The notes under the pieces were generated by a model, which saw nothing but the letters and a program-made list of their open reading frames with translations, did not search any database and was not told the origin of the DNA. Both the position numbers and the translations under genes were made by a program. From Candidatus Saccharimonadales bacterium (GTDB lineage: Bacteria > Patescibacteriota > Saccharimonadia > Saccharimonadales > UBA4665): 64,000 nucleotides of DNA. Where the stretch lies: contig JBBRZI010000001.1 of NCBI GenBank assembly GCA_038236865.1, forward strand, positions 9,238 to 73,237, in the 5' to 3' direction. Shown piece by piece: positions 1 to 9,242 of this stretch (the first letter of the stretch is position 1; every line of letters starts with the position of its first letter).

Positions 1-77
1 TACCGCGATGTTCCAGCGTGGCGACCCCCAAATGATACGAATCAAATACAAAACTCTACCATCCGTTAGCGTTACAG

Positions 78-93
78 TGTAAACTGAAACACA
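78..93. promoter_or_regulatory. Weak CRP-like box (TGTAA-N6-ACACA) immediately upstream of the Crp-family gene
   Basis: tgtaaactgaaacaca matches 8 of 10 half-site positions of TGTGA-N6-TCACA. It abuts the ATG at 95. This is a weak match. Confidence 0.2.
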
Positions 94-94
94 C

Positions 95-781
95 ATGACA
101 GACACCACCGACCGCCAATTCGAGGAGTTTCTCTCAAAATATCCAAAACGCACATTTCGGAAGGGTGAGATTATCATTTTCCAGGGAGAGGCCCCGCGCA
201 GCGCCTACGTCGTGAAGTCCGGTACGGTCAAGGCTTATAACCTCAGCGTAAACGGTGACGAAAAGCCAGTCGCCTTTTATTCGGTATTTGCGACGTTCCC
301 GGGTAGCTGGGTGTACGGTAAAGTACCGAGCGCTATTTATTATTACGAAGCGTTCACCCCCGAAGTTACGCTCTATGTCGTCAATCGTGAGGACTACGTT
401 GCGTTCATTAAGGGTGACGCCGAATTACTCTACAGCGAGCTTCAACGCTACGTTGTCGATGAGCTTGGCAAATCGATGCGCCTCAATGCCTTGCAGCATT
501 CTCGGGCTAGCGACAAGCTGATCTATAGCTTGCACTATTTGGCGCTCAGTCATGGCCGCCCAGCTGGCCCGCAGCGAGTTGAAATTACGCTCGACCTTAC
601 CCATCAGGATTTTGCAAACTTGACTGGACTGACGCGCGAAACGGCCGCTACGGAGCTCAACAAGCTCAAGCATCAAGATGTTATCAGCTACAGCAAACAC
701 ACGCTCTACCAGCTCGATCTCGCCAAGTTGACCGCCTTACTCAATGATCAATATATCTCAGACGTTCAGATTAAGCTTTAG
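95..781 (+). CDS. Crp/Fnr family transcriptional regulator
   Basis: 228-aa ORF. It has a cNMP-binding-type N-terminus (FRKGEIIIFQGEAPRSAYVVKSGTVKAY) and a C-terminal HTH (THQDFANLTGLTRETAATELNKL). Confidence 0.8.
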   Translation: MTDTTDRQFEEFLSKYPKRTFRKGEIIIFQGEAPRSAYVVKSGTVKAYNLSVNGDEKPVAFYSVFATFPGSWVYGKVPSAIYYYEAFTPEVTLYVVNREDYVAFIKGDAELLYSELQRYVVDELGKSMRLNALQHSRASDKLIYSLHYLALSHGRPAGPQRVEITLDLTHQDFANLTGLTRETAATELNKLKHQDVISYSKHTLYQLDLAKLTALLNDQYISDVQIKL

Positions 782-1166
782 CTTTAGCAGTCGAAGCGGA
801 CTTTGATTCGAGGGCTTCGGTAATAACCCGGGCGAGATTGTGCGGGGCTGTCCATGATTTAATAATGCAACGGTGGGCACCTAGGTCGTAGGCCTCGTTG
901 ACCTCGGGCGAGTTCTCCATGTTAGTAAAGATCAGGACTTTGACACCGGGGTGTGCCTTGAGGTTGAACTGCTTCAGGAACTCTAAACCGCCCATGATAG
1001 GCATCAGCAAGTCGAGCAAAATGAGCTGGGGCTTAAACTTCGACAGCTTGTCGAGCGCTTCTTGGCCGTCGAAAGCCGACTCCACTTGGTAGCCTTCTTT
1101 GTTCAGGATGATCGTGTAAGCGTTGTTTAAGTCTTTGTCGTCTTCGACTATAAGTATATTGGCCAC
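771..1166 (-). CDS. Stand-alone response-regulator receiver protein (CheY-like, no output domain)
   Basis: 131 aa with MANILIVEDD...LILLDLLMPIMGG...IFTNM...IIKSW receiver pattern. Its 3' end overlaps the Crp-like gene by 11 nt (convergent). Confidence 0.85.
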   Translation of the reverse strand: MANILIVEDDKDLNNAYTIILNKEGYQVESAFDGQEALDKLSKFKPQLILLDLLMPIMGGLEFLKQFNLKAHPGVKVLIFTNMENSPEVNEAYDLGAHRCIIKSWTAPHNLARVITEALESKSASTAKAKA

Positions 1167-1237
1167 AGGCGCTCCTTGCTATTACTATCTCTATTTATAC
1201 CATAGTGGTACGTGAGCGGTATAAAATATCTAACATA

Positions 1238-2383
1238 TTAGGCGCTATCTACCGTACTCTTTTTGGTTTTGTGTTTCGATGGATCCTTGGGTAGCGTAAA
1301 GTAGAAGGTTGTTCCCTTGCCTTCAACGCTTTCAAACCAGATGGTACCACCGAGCCGTTCCAGCAAGCCACGGACGAGGTAGAGGCCAAGGCCGGTGCCG
1401 GTTGTTTCGCGTTTAAGGATGTTAGTAGCTCGAAAGAACTTACTGAAAACTTGATCGTGCGCATGGCTAGGGATTCCCCAGCCATTGTCGGCCACACTGA
1501 CCTGGACGTCGCGGCTACGTCCGCGGACTTCGACCACAATGGCGCCTGATTCAGAGGTGTACTTGATGGCGTTGGATATTAGATTGGAAATCACCTCTTT
1601 AATGATGGGGTTATCGGTTTTGACATTGGTGCTGACTTTGCCAATTTTTTTGAGGGTCAGACTGATTGATTTTTCGGAGGCAGCCAGGTTAAGTTCTTTG
1701 ATGACTTCTTCGGCGGATTTTTCGAGATGGATGTTTTTGGGGACAATGGCAATCGTGCCGCTTTCGATGCGCGTAATGTTGAGCAGCGTGCTAATGAGCT
1801 CGTTCATGCGGTTGGTGGCGCCGATGATGGTGCGCAGCGACTTCTTCTGGGCGGGGGTGACATCGCCCATATAGCCGTCGGCTAGCATATGGGTGTAGGT
1901 TTTGATCGCCGACAGCGGTGTTCGCAATTGGTGGCTGGCCAGTGAAATGAATTCGCTCTTCATGCGGTCGACCTCTTCCTCGAGCGTAATATCGCGAAAA
2001 ACTTCGATAGCGCCGAGGGGCTTATCGGCCAATAGAATCGGCGAAACGCTGATTGATACCGGCAAGCGATGGCCGTCTTTGGTTTGGTAAAATGTCTTTT
2101 CGTTCACGGGTTTCCCGGTCAGAAATGCTCGAGTAATCGGCCGATCAATCAGACTGATCGGCTCCCCTTTTTTACTGATAGCGATAATCTTATTTGGAAA
2201 CCATTCGCCGATCAACTCGTTCGCTTCATAGCCGAGCAGTTTTGCCGCAATTGAATTGATGCGCGTAATCTTGCCGAATTCGTCAGTCGCAATGGCGCCA
2301 TCGCCCAAGCTGCTAAACAGAGCCTCGGCTTGGGCGCGCTCCTCTTTGAGGCGTATTGATGAGACATCAAGGGTTCGCTTCAT
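1238..2383 (-). CDS. Soluble PAS-domain sensor histidine kinase
   Basis: ORF 1238..2470 trimmed to the ATG at 2383 (GGAG 12 nt upstream, 19 nt after the upstream stop). It has a PAS-like N-terminus, H-box FISLASHQLRTPLSAI, and ATPase boxes NAIKYT, DNGWGIP and GTGLGL. No TM segment is present. Confidence 0.85.
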   Translation of the reverse strand: MKRTLDVSSIRLKEERAQAEALFSSLGDGAIATDEFGKITRINSIAAKLLGYEANELIGEWFPNKIIAISKKGEPISLIDRPITRAFLTGKPVNEKTFYQTKDGHRLPVSISVSPILLADKPLGAIEVFRDITLEEEVDRMKSEFISLASHQLRTPLSAIKTYTHMLADGYMGDVTPAQKKSLRTIIGATNRMNELISTLLNITRIESGTIAIVPKNIHLEKSAEEVIKELNLAASEKSISLTLKKIGKVSTNVKTDNPIIKEVISNLISNAIKYTSESGAIVVEVRGRSRDVQVSVADNGWGIPSHAHDQVFSKFFRATNILKRETTGTGLGLYLVRGLLERLGGTIWFESVEGKGTTFYFTLPKDPSKHKTKKSTVDSA

Positions 2384-2402
2384 GACGGTTAACGGCTCCG
2401 CA

Positions 2403-2678
2403 TTATGAGTCGCACCGTGGTTCTGTGACCAGGCTCTGCAGTTGATTCGTATATTCTTCGACCAGCTCACTGTCTTCTGTCAGGAGCGACACGGCGACGC
2501 GAATCCAATCGATAAGCATGCCGAGGTCTTTGGCTGACAGATCTCGGGGCTCTTTATGGAGGTGGTTTTGGACTTGGCGGAAGATAAAGCGCTCGGCGGC
2601 CGGGCCAAGATAGACGTGGGTGATACGGACGACGCGGTCATAGAGCAGTGTGCTGTCGTTAGGGTCTGGCGCAATCAT
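2403..2678 (-). CDS. Small hypothetical protein co-transcribed with the histidine kinase
   Basis: 91-aa ORF packed exactly between the membrane-protein stop (2681) and the kinase start (2383). No family recognised. Confidence 0.5.
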   Translation of the reverse strand: MIAPDPNDSTLLYDRVVRITHVYLGPAAERFIFRQVQNHLHKEPRDLSAKDLGMLIDWIRVAVSLLTEDSELVEEYTNQLQSLVTEPRCDS

Positions 2679-2680
2679 AC

Positions 2681-3598
2681 CTAAACTTCCTCGATCTTTC
2701 TCATGCGTAACGCGCCGCGGGCGATCAGGATGTACCCGGCAGCAGCTCCCAGTCGAATCGCGTACGTCGCAGCTAACGAGGAATTAAGCGAGAGGTGCTC
2801 GCCGCGCGGTACGGCGACTGATAGGTACTGCAGGGCGACTGAGCTGGCAATCACGATACCCAAACCGGAAGCGACTTGTTGCAGCGCATGGCGATACAGC
2901 ACGCCCCGGCTGAGCTTACTAAACAGCATGATCTCATAGGCTGCCAGTAAGCCAACGATCCACGTGTAAAGATAGGGAATAATGACTGAGAGTAGCAGTA
3001 GCCAAAGCGGTAACGAGTAGGGATTATTGGTTGAACCGATGCTACTACCCGCTAATTGCCGGAACGTCAAGAAGCAGTACATGACGCCAAGCAACGCAAA
3101 AACCATGATTAGTAGCTTCAAATTCAGCGCTGACAGCCGCTTATTAGTCCGTGTCAGTAAGCCGTGGGCACCGCTATTAATGAGGCCGAAGGCCACCAGC
3201 GCCACGATCAAGTTTACATAGTTAGAAATAATCAGTGAGGCAGCAGCAAAACCGGGGTTCACGTCTGCAATCGAACTCAGGATGATGGTAATGAGCGATG
3301 GAATCAATATTCCCCACGCTAACCATTTACAGCCCCTGGCCAGCAGGTTAAAGTCTTTGCCTTCAGGGGTTTGCTTGATGGAGTCCGCGTAATTCTGCAG
3401 CTTGGCATAGCCGTAGAAAGCGCTAAAAGCCAGTAGCATTAACGGAAGAATCACTAAAAATTGTAATACATGATATTGGGCGCCGGAGAGGTGATGGATT
3501 TGGCTGATTTGGGTATTTACCGGTAGGGCGGCAGCCAACAACAAGTAGATAATACTCAATAAAATATAATAACCTATCGCGTGAGTAGGTCGTCTCAT
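2681..3598 (-). CDS. Polytopic membrane protein (about 8 TM), first gene of the kinase operon
   Basis: 305 aa, almost entirely hydrophobic helices. No family recognised. Confidence 0.6.
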   Translation of the reverse strand: MRRPTHAIGYYILLSIIYLLLAAALPVNTQISQIHHLSGAQYHVLQFLVILPLMLLAFSAFYGYAKLQNYADSIKQTPEGKDFNLLARGCKWLAWGILIPSLITIILSSIADVNPGFAAASLIISNYVNLIVALVAFGLINSGAHGLLTRTNKRLSALNLKLLIMVFALLGVMYCFLTFRQLAGSSIGSTNNPYSLPLWLLLLSVIIPYLYTWIVGLLAAYEIMLFSKLSRGVLYRHALQQVASGLGIVIASSVALQYLSVAVPRGEHLSLNSSLAATYAIRLGAAAGYILIARGALRMRKIEEV

Positions 3599-3899
3599 TC
3601 TTGGCCTTTCGGTGGTTTATGGCTGGTGCTCTGCATATCTGTGACAAGTATACGGGAACTAATTGTAAGTGAATACCTTGCAGCTAGCTGTAAGATATGT
3701 GACTCTACGCTTACGCTTATCCTCTGTCGCTAGCTCAAAGCGGTCATTATACACCTTGCTGGAATCCAGTACAGTCGACTAATCGACCGTAGCCGATTTG
3801 GCTGGTCCCAGAACCGGCCATTGTATCGCACTGGCAGGCATTATATACTTAGTGAGTACCCAAAAAAACAAAAATGTTATAAAAAGATAAATAAGCTTA

Positions 3900-4865
3900 A
3901 TGTCACGCTATTCACCCTATTATAATTATGCGCAGTCGCTGCCGTCTCAGGCCGCACCACAACGGTCAAATGGCGCCGGTCGTCGACCTATAACGGGTAG
4001 GGGGCGCCAACCAGTCGCCACCCCATCACGGGCGATCCCCTGGACGGGTTTGCGAATCGGGCTGATTGGGCTGGTTTTGGTGGGTTTTGGGGCGCACCTC
4101 GGCTGGACAAAACATGTTTCGGCTCAAGCTGTGGCGGCCCAACAGGCCCAGACGGCAGTGACCGCCGCCGCCGCCAAGAAGTCGACCATTTTTAAAACGC
4201 AAGTCGCTGCGTTGCAAGCTGCCAACCCATCTATCGATCTTAGCGTCGCCGTCAGTAGCCAGACGCTTGGCCTGCAACAGTTCGGGGATAGTCAATCATA
4301 CAGAGCAGCCAGTATCGGTAAACTCGTAACGGCAGCGGCGTATCTGCACCTTGTTGATGAGCACAAAGCTAGCTTGGATCAACACTTGAGCGGTAAAACC
4401 GCCCGGTATTGGTTGAACACTATGCTTGTTAGCAGCGATGATGATGCCTGGCAACTGCTGAACGCCCAATTGACGCACCGGACACTCTCTGCCTACGCCA
4501 CGAGTATTGGGTTGACTCGCTACGACGTTGAAACCGATAGTTTCCCGGCAGCTGATGCGGCAATCCTTTTGCAAAAATTACAAAATGGCTCACTGTTGAG
4601 CGTTGTTAATCAGCAATTGATGCTTAACTGGTTGGCGCGGGCCAATTATCGGAGTTACCTGGTCCCGGCCGTGCCAGTCGGCGTACAGGTCTTTCACAAA
4701 GCCGGTTTTGATGCTGACAACTTGCACGATGCGGCCATTATTAAGCGGGGTGATACTGGTTTTGTGTTGGTTATATTCACCAACGGCCACGGTAACTATG
4801 ACTGGGATGGCCGGGCCCGTCTAATGCAGGAGATTACGCGTGATGCCGCAGCGGCCTACCTCTAA
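3900..4865 (+). CDS. Membrane-anchored class-A beta-lactamase-related serine hydrolase
   Basis: 321 aa. It has a disordered basic N-terminus and one TM. The catalytic-type motifs are SIGK (SxxK), SSDDD (SDN-like) and HKAGF (KTG-like). Confidence 0.65.
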   Translation: MSRYSPYYNYAQSLPSQAAPQRSNGAGRRPITGRGRQPVATPSRAIPWTGLRIGLIGLVLVGFGAHLGWTKHVSAQAVAAQQAQTAVTAAAAKKSTIFKTQVAALQAANPSIDLSVAVSSQTLGLQQFGDSQSYRAASIGKLVTAAAYLHLVDEHKASLDQHLSGKTARYWLNTMLVSSDDDAWQLLNAQLTHRTLSAYATSIGLTRYDVETDSFPAADAAILLQKLQNGSLLSVVNQQLMLNWLARANYRSYLVPAVPVGVQVFHKAGFDADNLHDAAIIKRGDTGFVLVIFTNGHGNYDWDGRARLMQEITRDAAAAYL

Positions 4866-5826
4866 CCCGCGCCCGACGACTGCGCGGCCCGCTTCTGGCC
4901 GGCGGACTCGCGGCTACAAGCAGTTTATCTATCTGGCAATCTGTGTCATTGCCCTTTATGTTGTGCTGCCCCAGCTCAGTCTGTTTCACCACAGCCTGGG
5001 GCTGGTGCGGGAGGCTCAGCCGCGTTACGTCGTGCTCGCACTCGGTTGCAATCTGCTCAGCTATCTGTTGGCTGCGCTGACATACTACTGCTTAGCTATC
5101 AAGCCGTTGCGCTACCGGTCAACGCTACTCGTACAGGTCGCCAGCATGTTTACCAATCGCCTGCTGCCGGCCGGGCTCGGCGGCATGGGCGCGAACTTCG
5201 TATATTTGCGGCGCCAACGCCACAGCTCGGTCCAAGCTCTCAGTGTTGTCGGCCTTAATAACGTACTCGGCTTTGTGGGCCATGGCTTGCTGATAGGCGG
5301 GCTGTTACTGTTCGTGGCTGATGCGCGGCGCCAGGTACCGGCTCTGCATATTTCGGCTGGCACGTTGGCGGTAGCCGGCGGTTTGCTGGTCTGTCTGCTA
5401 CTGGGCGCGCTGGTGGCTACTTCGCTCCGTCGTAAACTCATTAGCGGTGTGATTAATATTCTCCAAAACTTATTGGATTATCGGCAGCGTCCGGGTCGCC
5501 TGCTCGCGGCGCTTGGCTCATCAATGTCGTTGACGCTCACCAATCTGGTATGTCTGTGGCTGAGCCTATTGGCCGTTGGCGGTCAGCTGGGTCTCGTACC
5601 CGTGCTACTGGTGTTTACTTTCGGAGTGGCCCTTGGTGCGATTGCGCCGACGCCTGGTGGTATTGGTGGCGTCGAGGCGGGGCTGGTGGCGGGCTTTATT
5701 GCCTACCAAGTGCCCGCCAATCAAGCACTGGCGGCGGTGCTGGTCTTTCGGCTGATTAATTATTGGTTCTCACTTATCTTGGGCGCGGCCGGGTTTGTGG
5801 CTGCCCAACGGCGGGGCTACTTATAG
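4843..5826 (+). CDS. UPF0104 / lysyl-phosphatidylglycerol-synthase transmembrane-region (flippase-like) membrane protein
   Basis: About 327 aa and polytopic, with a Gly-rich C-terminal helix (APTPGGIGGVEAG) typical of this family. GTG at 4840 or ATG at 4843. Overlaps the upstream gene by about 23 nt. Confidence 0.6.
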   Translation: MPQRPTSNPRPTTARPASGRRTRGYKQFIYLAICVIALYVVLPQLSLFHHSLGLVREAQPRYVVLALGCNLLSYLLAALTYYCLAIKPLRYRSTLLVQVASMFTNRLLPAGLGGMGANFVYLRRQRHSSVQALSVVGLNNVLGFVGHGLLIGGLLLFVADARRQVPALHISAGTLAVAGGLLVCLLLGALVATSLRRKLISGVINILQNLLDYRQRPGRLLAALGSSMSLTLTNLVCLWLSLLAVGGQLGLVPVLLVFTFGVALGAIAPTPGGIGGVEAGLVAGFIAYQVPANQALAAVLVFRLINYWFSLILGAAGFVAAQRRGYL

Positions 5827-5981
5827 TCAATCGAGTCAACGCCGGGTTGTAGTGATGTATTTAGATGCGTCGACTACCTGCCCGCCTCAAGTTAGACTCA
5901 GGCCCGCAGCTGTAAGTTTGCTTACTGCTTGTCTGTGCTAGAGCGGCTACTATGCGACTAATGGTAAACGGAAGGAGCGTC

Positions 5982-7187
5982 ATGAAACGAGCAAAATTAT
6001 TTCTAGTAGGGCTGCTAGTCGCGTTGCCGCTCTTCGGCTGGGCGGCTATTGCCCAGGCTCAAAGTTTTCAATCCGGAACTAACCTAACCCTTCCAGCTAA
6101 CCAGACGCTAAACAGTAGCTTGTTTGCCTCTGGCCGGACAATCGACATCGCCGGCACGGTCAACGGCGACGTATTTTGTGCCGGTTTAAATGTCACGATC
6201 AACGGCACGGTCAACGGCGATGTCGTCTGCGCTGGGCAGACGGTCACCATTGCCGGCACGGTACGCGGTGATGTTCGCGTCGCGGCCCAAAATGCATCAA
6301 TTGGTGGGGCAATCGGCGGCAATCTTACGGCGGCTGCGCAAAGTTTTACGTTGCAGTCAAATGGCCGCGTGGCCGGAGACGCCACCGTTGCCAGCCAGGA
6401 CGCCACATTCAATGGCGGGATTGGGCGTGATGTGGCCAGTTCCTCGGCCACGGTTATTATTAACGGTCAGGTCGAACGAAACGTCCAAACCAATGTCGGC
6501 CAGCTCACGCTTGGCAATAATGCCCGCGTCGCCGGCAGTCTTACCTACGCCAGCACCGACAATATTGTGCAGGCTCCATCGGCTGTCGTGGGGGGCAAAA
6601 TTACTCATACTTCCCCGTCAACAGCGAACCATACTCAAGCCGGCTCATTGGGTGCCTTCGCGTGGGCTTCGGCCATCTATCTGTTCTTTGCGCTGTTGTT
6701 ACTGGCGCTCATCTTAGTGTTGCTGGTGCCGCGCCTGTTCCACTCATCAACCGACTATGCACTGCAACACCTTGGTAGAACTGTCCTGGTCGGCTTCCTG
6801 GCCAGCATCATTGCTCCGATCGCGCTCACCGCACTGTACATTACCGTCATCGGCATCCCGCTGGCAATCCTAGCCAGTCTTGTTTGGCTGGTTATTGTCA
6901 TTATGGCCTGGCCGTTCGCCGCCTACCTGACGGCACGACTGCTGCTGCGGCATAGCCAGAACGCCATCCAGCTCATGTTACTCGGTGCAGCCGGGTTGCT
7001 GGTAGTAGGGAGTGTACCGTTCTTAGGCGTTTTGGTCTGGTTCGTCGCGTTGTGGTTCGGCCTCGGCATAATAATACTGCGGCTAAGCCACCTGCCGCGG
7101 CCCCGCTATGACATGGCAACCACCACGACGTCGGGTGGTCAAGCGGATATTCAATCAAGCGGCCATAAACGTCTGAAAGTTGACTAA
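5982..7187 (+). CDS. Secreted bactofilin-like (polymer-forming cytoskeletal repeat) protein with C-terminal multi-TM anchor
   Basis: Start set at the ATG at 5982 (GGAG 6 nt upstream). It has a signal-peptide-like MKRAKLFLVGLLVALPLFGWAAIAQA. Repeats include GTVNGDVFCAG / GTVNGDVVCAG / GTVRGDVRVAA. About 4 TM helices lie at the C-terminus. Confidence 0.6.
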   Translation: MKRAKLFLVGLLVALPLFGWAAIAQAQSFQSGTNLTLPANQTLNSSLFASGRTIDIAGTVNGDVFCAGLNVTINGTVNGDVVCAGQTVTIAGTVRGDVRVAAQNASIGGAIGGNLTAAAQSFTLQSNGRVAGDATVASQDATFNGGIGRDVASSSATVIINGQVERNVQTNVGQLTLGNNARVAGSLTYASTDNIVQAPSAVVGGKITHTSPSTANHTQAGSLGAFAWASAIYLFFALLLLALILVLLVPRLFHSSTDYALQHLGRTVLVGFLASIIAPIALTALYITVIGIPLAILASLVWLVIVIMAWPFAAYLTARLLLRHSQNAIQLMLLGAAGLLVVGSVPFLGVLVWFVALWFGLGIIILRLSHLPRPRYDMATTTTSGGQADIQSSGHKRLKVD

Positions 7188-7402
7188 GCGACAACGACGT
7201 CGCACCTACGGCCGACAAGCAATCTGTTGCTGGAGCTGCGTCGAGCGCGTTGACGTGCTATAATAGAGGATAGCAATTGGTTTCTATAACCTCTCCGTCA
7301 TCGTATTTCGTTCTCGCGGCCTACTATAATCACGGTTAGAAGATACTGAGTTCGTGTAGTTAATCAATCAAAAATAAGCACTGGGTACAAACCAGTAGAT
7401 AG

Positions 7403-8449
7403 TTGTGTGCCGTGAAATTAAACATACATATCGAAATTGTCAGCTCTACCGATACTAGTCTAAGCTCTATGAGCGAGCGGTCGCGTACTGCGATTCAGGC
7501 GACGTTGACCAAGCACTATAAATATGTGAGCGTCACGATAGTGAATAGTTTAGCCGATCTCGAAGCGCTGGTGTTGCGCCAGCCCGATCTCGTTTTCTTG
7601 GGCATGAAATTCATACCAGGAGACCGGCTACTCGGCTGGAATGATCCTACTAAGATCTGGCTGTCGCAGTATTTTGACGAACACGATATCGCCTATACTG
7701 GCTCAAGCCGGTTGGCTCACGAATTAGAGCTAAACAAGCAAGCGGCCAAGCAACGAGTCATCGAGGCTGGCCTTAGCACCTCACCCTATGAGGTTGTCGC
7801 CCAAGGGCACCTCCCGGCGCTAACCGATGCAAACCTGACGTACCCGCTGTTCGTTAAGCCGGTTGATCGCGGCGGTGGACTTGGGATTGATGAGCAGTCA
7901 CTGGTGCATGACTACGACGAACTCTGTCGCAAGCTAGCATCAATTTCGTCCCGGCATCATTCCGACTCGCTTCTAGAAAAATACTTGCCGGGTCGTGAAT
8001 TTAGCGTCGCTATTTTAAAAGATGATTTCAGCACTGAGTACTGTGCCATGCCAATAGAATTGGTGGCCGCACCGAACGAAAATGGTTCTTGCGTGTTAAG
8101 CCAAAGTATCAAAGCCGCAAATACTGAGGTGGTCACGGCGATTGACGATGCAGCTACGAAAGCAAAAGTATGTCGCTTAGCTATGGATGTTTTTCTGGCG
8201 CTGGGCGCCCGTGATTACGGTCGGATCGATATCCGTATGGATCAGTTTGACGTACCCTACTTTCTGGAAGCAAATCTAGTACCAAGTTTGATCGCTGGCT
8301 ATGGTTCCTTCCCGAAGGCTTGCGCCATCAACGCAAATCTCGGCTATGAAGCAATGATCCTAGCGATTGTCAGCCTCGCGCTGAGCCGTCAGATTGATAT
8401 TTTTGCGGTGGAACCGCAAGCTCAGCGTATTTTGGCCACCGCTGTCTAA
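7403..8449 (+). CDS. D-alanine--D-alanine ligase family ATP-grasp enzyme
   Basis: Contains YPLFVKPVDRGGGLGI, GREFSVAIL and FLEANLVPSL ATP-grasp motifs. The start is uncertain (TTG 7403, GTG 7412 or ATG 7469). Confidence 0.7.
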   Translation: MCAVKLNIHIEIVSSTDTSLSSMSERSRTAIQATLTKHYKYVSVTIVNSLADLEALVLRQPDLVFLGMKFIPGDRLLGWNDPTKIWLSQYFDEHDIAYTGSSRLAHELELNKQAAKQRVIEAGLSTSPYEVVAQGHLPALTDANLTYPLFVKPVDRGGGLGIDEQSLVHDYDELCRKLASISSRHHSDSLLEKYLPGREFSVAILKDDFSTEYCAMPIELVAAPNENGSCVLSQSIKAANTEVVTAIDDAATKAKVCRLAMDVFLALGARDYGRIDIRMDQFDVPYFLEANLVPSLIAGYGSFPKACAINANLGYEAMILAIVSLALSRQIDIFAVEPQAQRILATAV

Positions 8450-8500
8450 GCTGCGCCCGCTTACCCGTGCGGGTAGTATTTTGGACAATAACAGGGGTGG

Positions 8501-9043
8501 ATGGTATACTATACATATATGGACGAAACTATGAACGATGAGGTGTCTAGCCTCACGTCTGAAATGGGGTACAAGCAAGCGATTGCTCAAGTGTCGGACA
8601 GCGCTATATTTTTACTGGACGTGAAGTGCCGGATTACCAGTTGGAATAGTGGTGGCGAAATCCTCAAAGGCTACACCTCCGAAGAAGTCATTGGCCAGCC
8701 GTTCTTCAAGCTGTACTCAGAGCACGACCAAACAGAAGGTAAACCCCTCGACATCCTGCGTGACGCCGTCCGGCACGGATCAGCAACCGAAGAGGGCTGG
8801 CGCACCCGTAAAGACGGTACCGAGTTTTGGGCCCACACTGTCACGACGGCTCTGTACGACGAAAGGAAGAAAGTTATTGGATTTATCAAGATTGTCCATG
8901 ACTATAGCACTCACAAACGGCTGGATAATCAACGCATCTCGCTCCTCCAATCTATTCAGACCCTCAAGAAAACAATCGCCACCCAAAAATCCGACATCAA
9001 GATATTAGAGAAGAAACTTCTCAGGGCCTCAAAAAAGAAGTAA
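8501..9043 (+). CDS. PAS-domain protein with C-terminal coiled coil
   Basis: 180 aa with PAS S-box-like ITSWNSGGEILKGYTSEEVIGQPFFKLY...RKDGTEFW. No kinase domain. Confidence 0.7.
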   Translation: MVYYTYMDETMNDEVSSLTSEMGYKQAIAQVSDSAIFLLDVKCRITSWNSGGEILKGYTSEEVIGQPFFKLYSEHDQTEGKPLDILRDAVRHGSATEEGWRTRKDGTEFWAHTVTTALYDERKKVIGFIKIVHDYSTHKRLDNQRISLLQSIQTLKKTIATQKSDIKILEKKLLRASKKK

Positions 9044-9242
9044 TCGCCTCTGCCTTGAGCAATTTGAGCGAGGCTAACCAGTCCACTCGGGTGTAATTGC
9101 CCAGCGCAGCACCATCATTAAAGTAGGTACGCTGTAGTTCACGACACTGCATAATATTTCGCTCGCAGGCTGCTGCTGAAGCTCATACAGCAGACAATGA
9201 GCTCACCACCCACCTAGGCGTTTACGGCGGCTCGGAGAGGCC

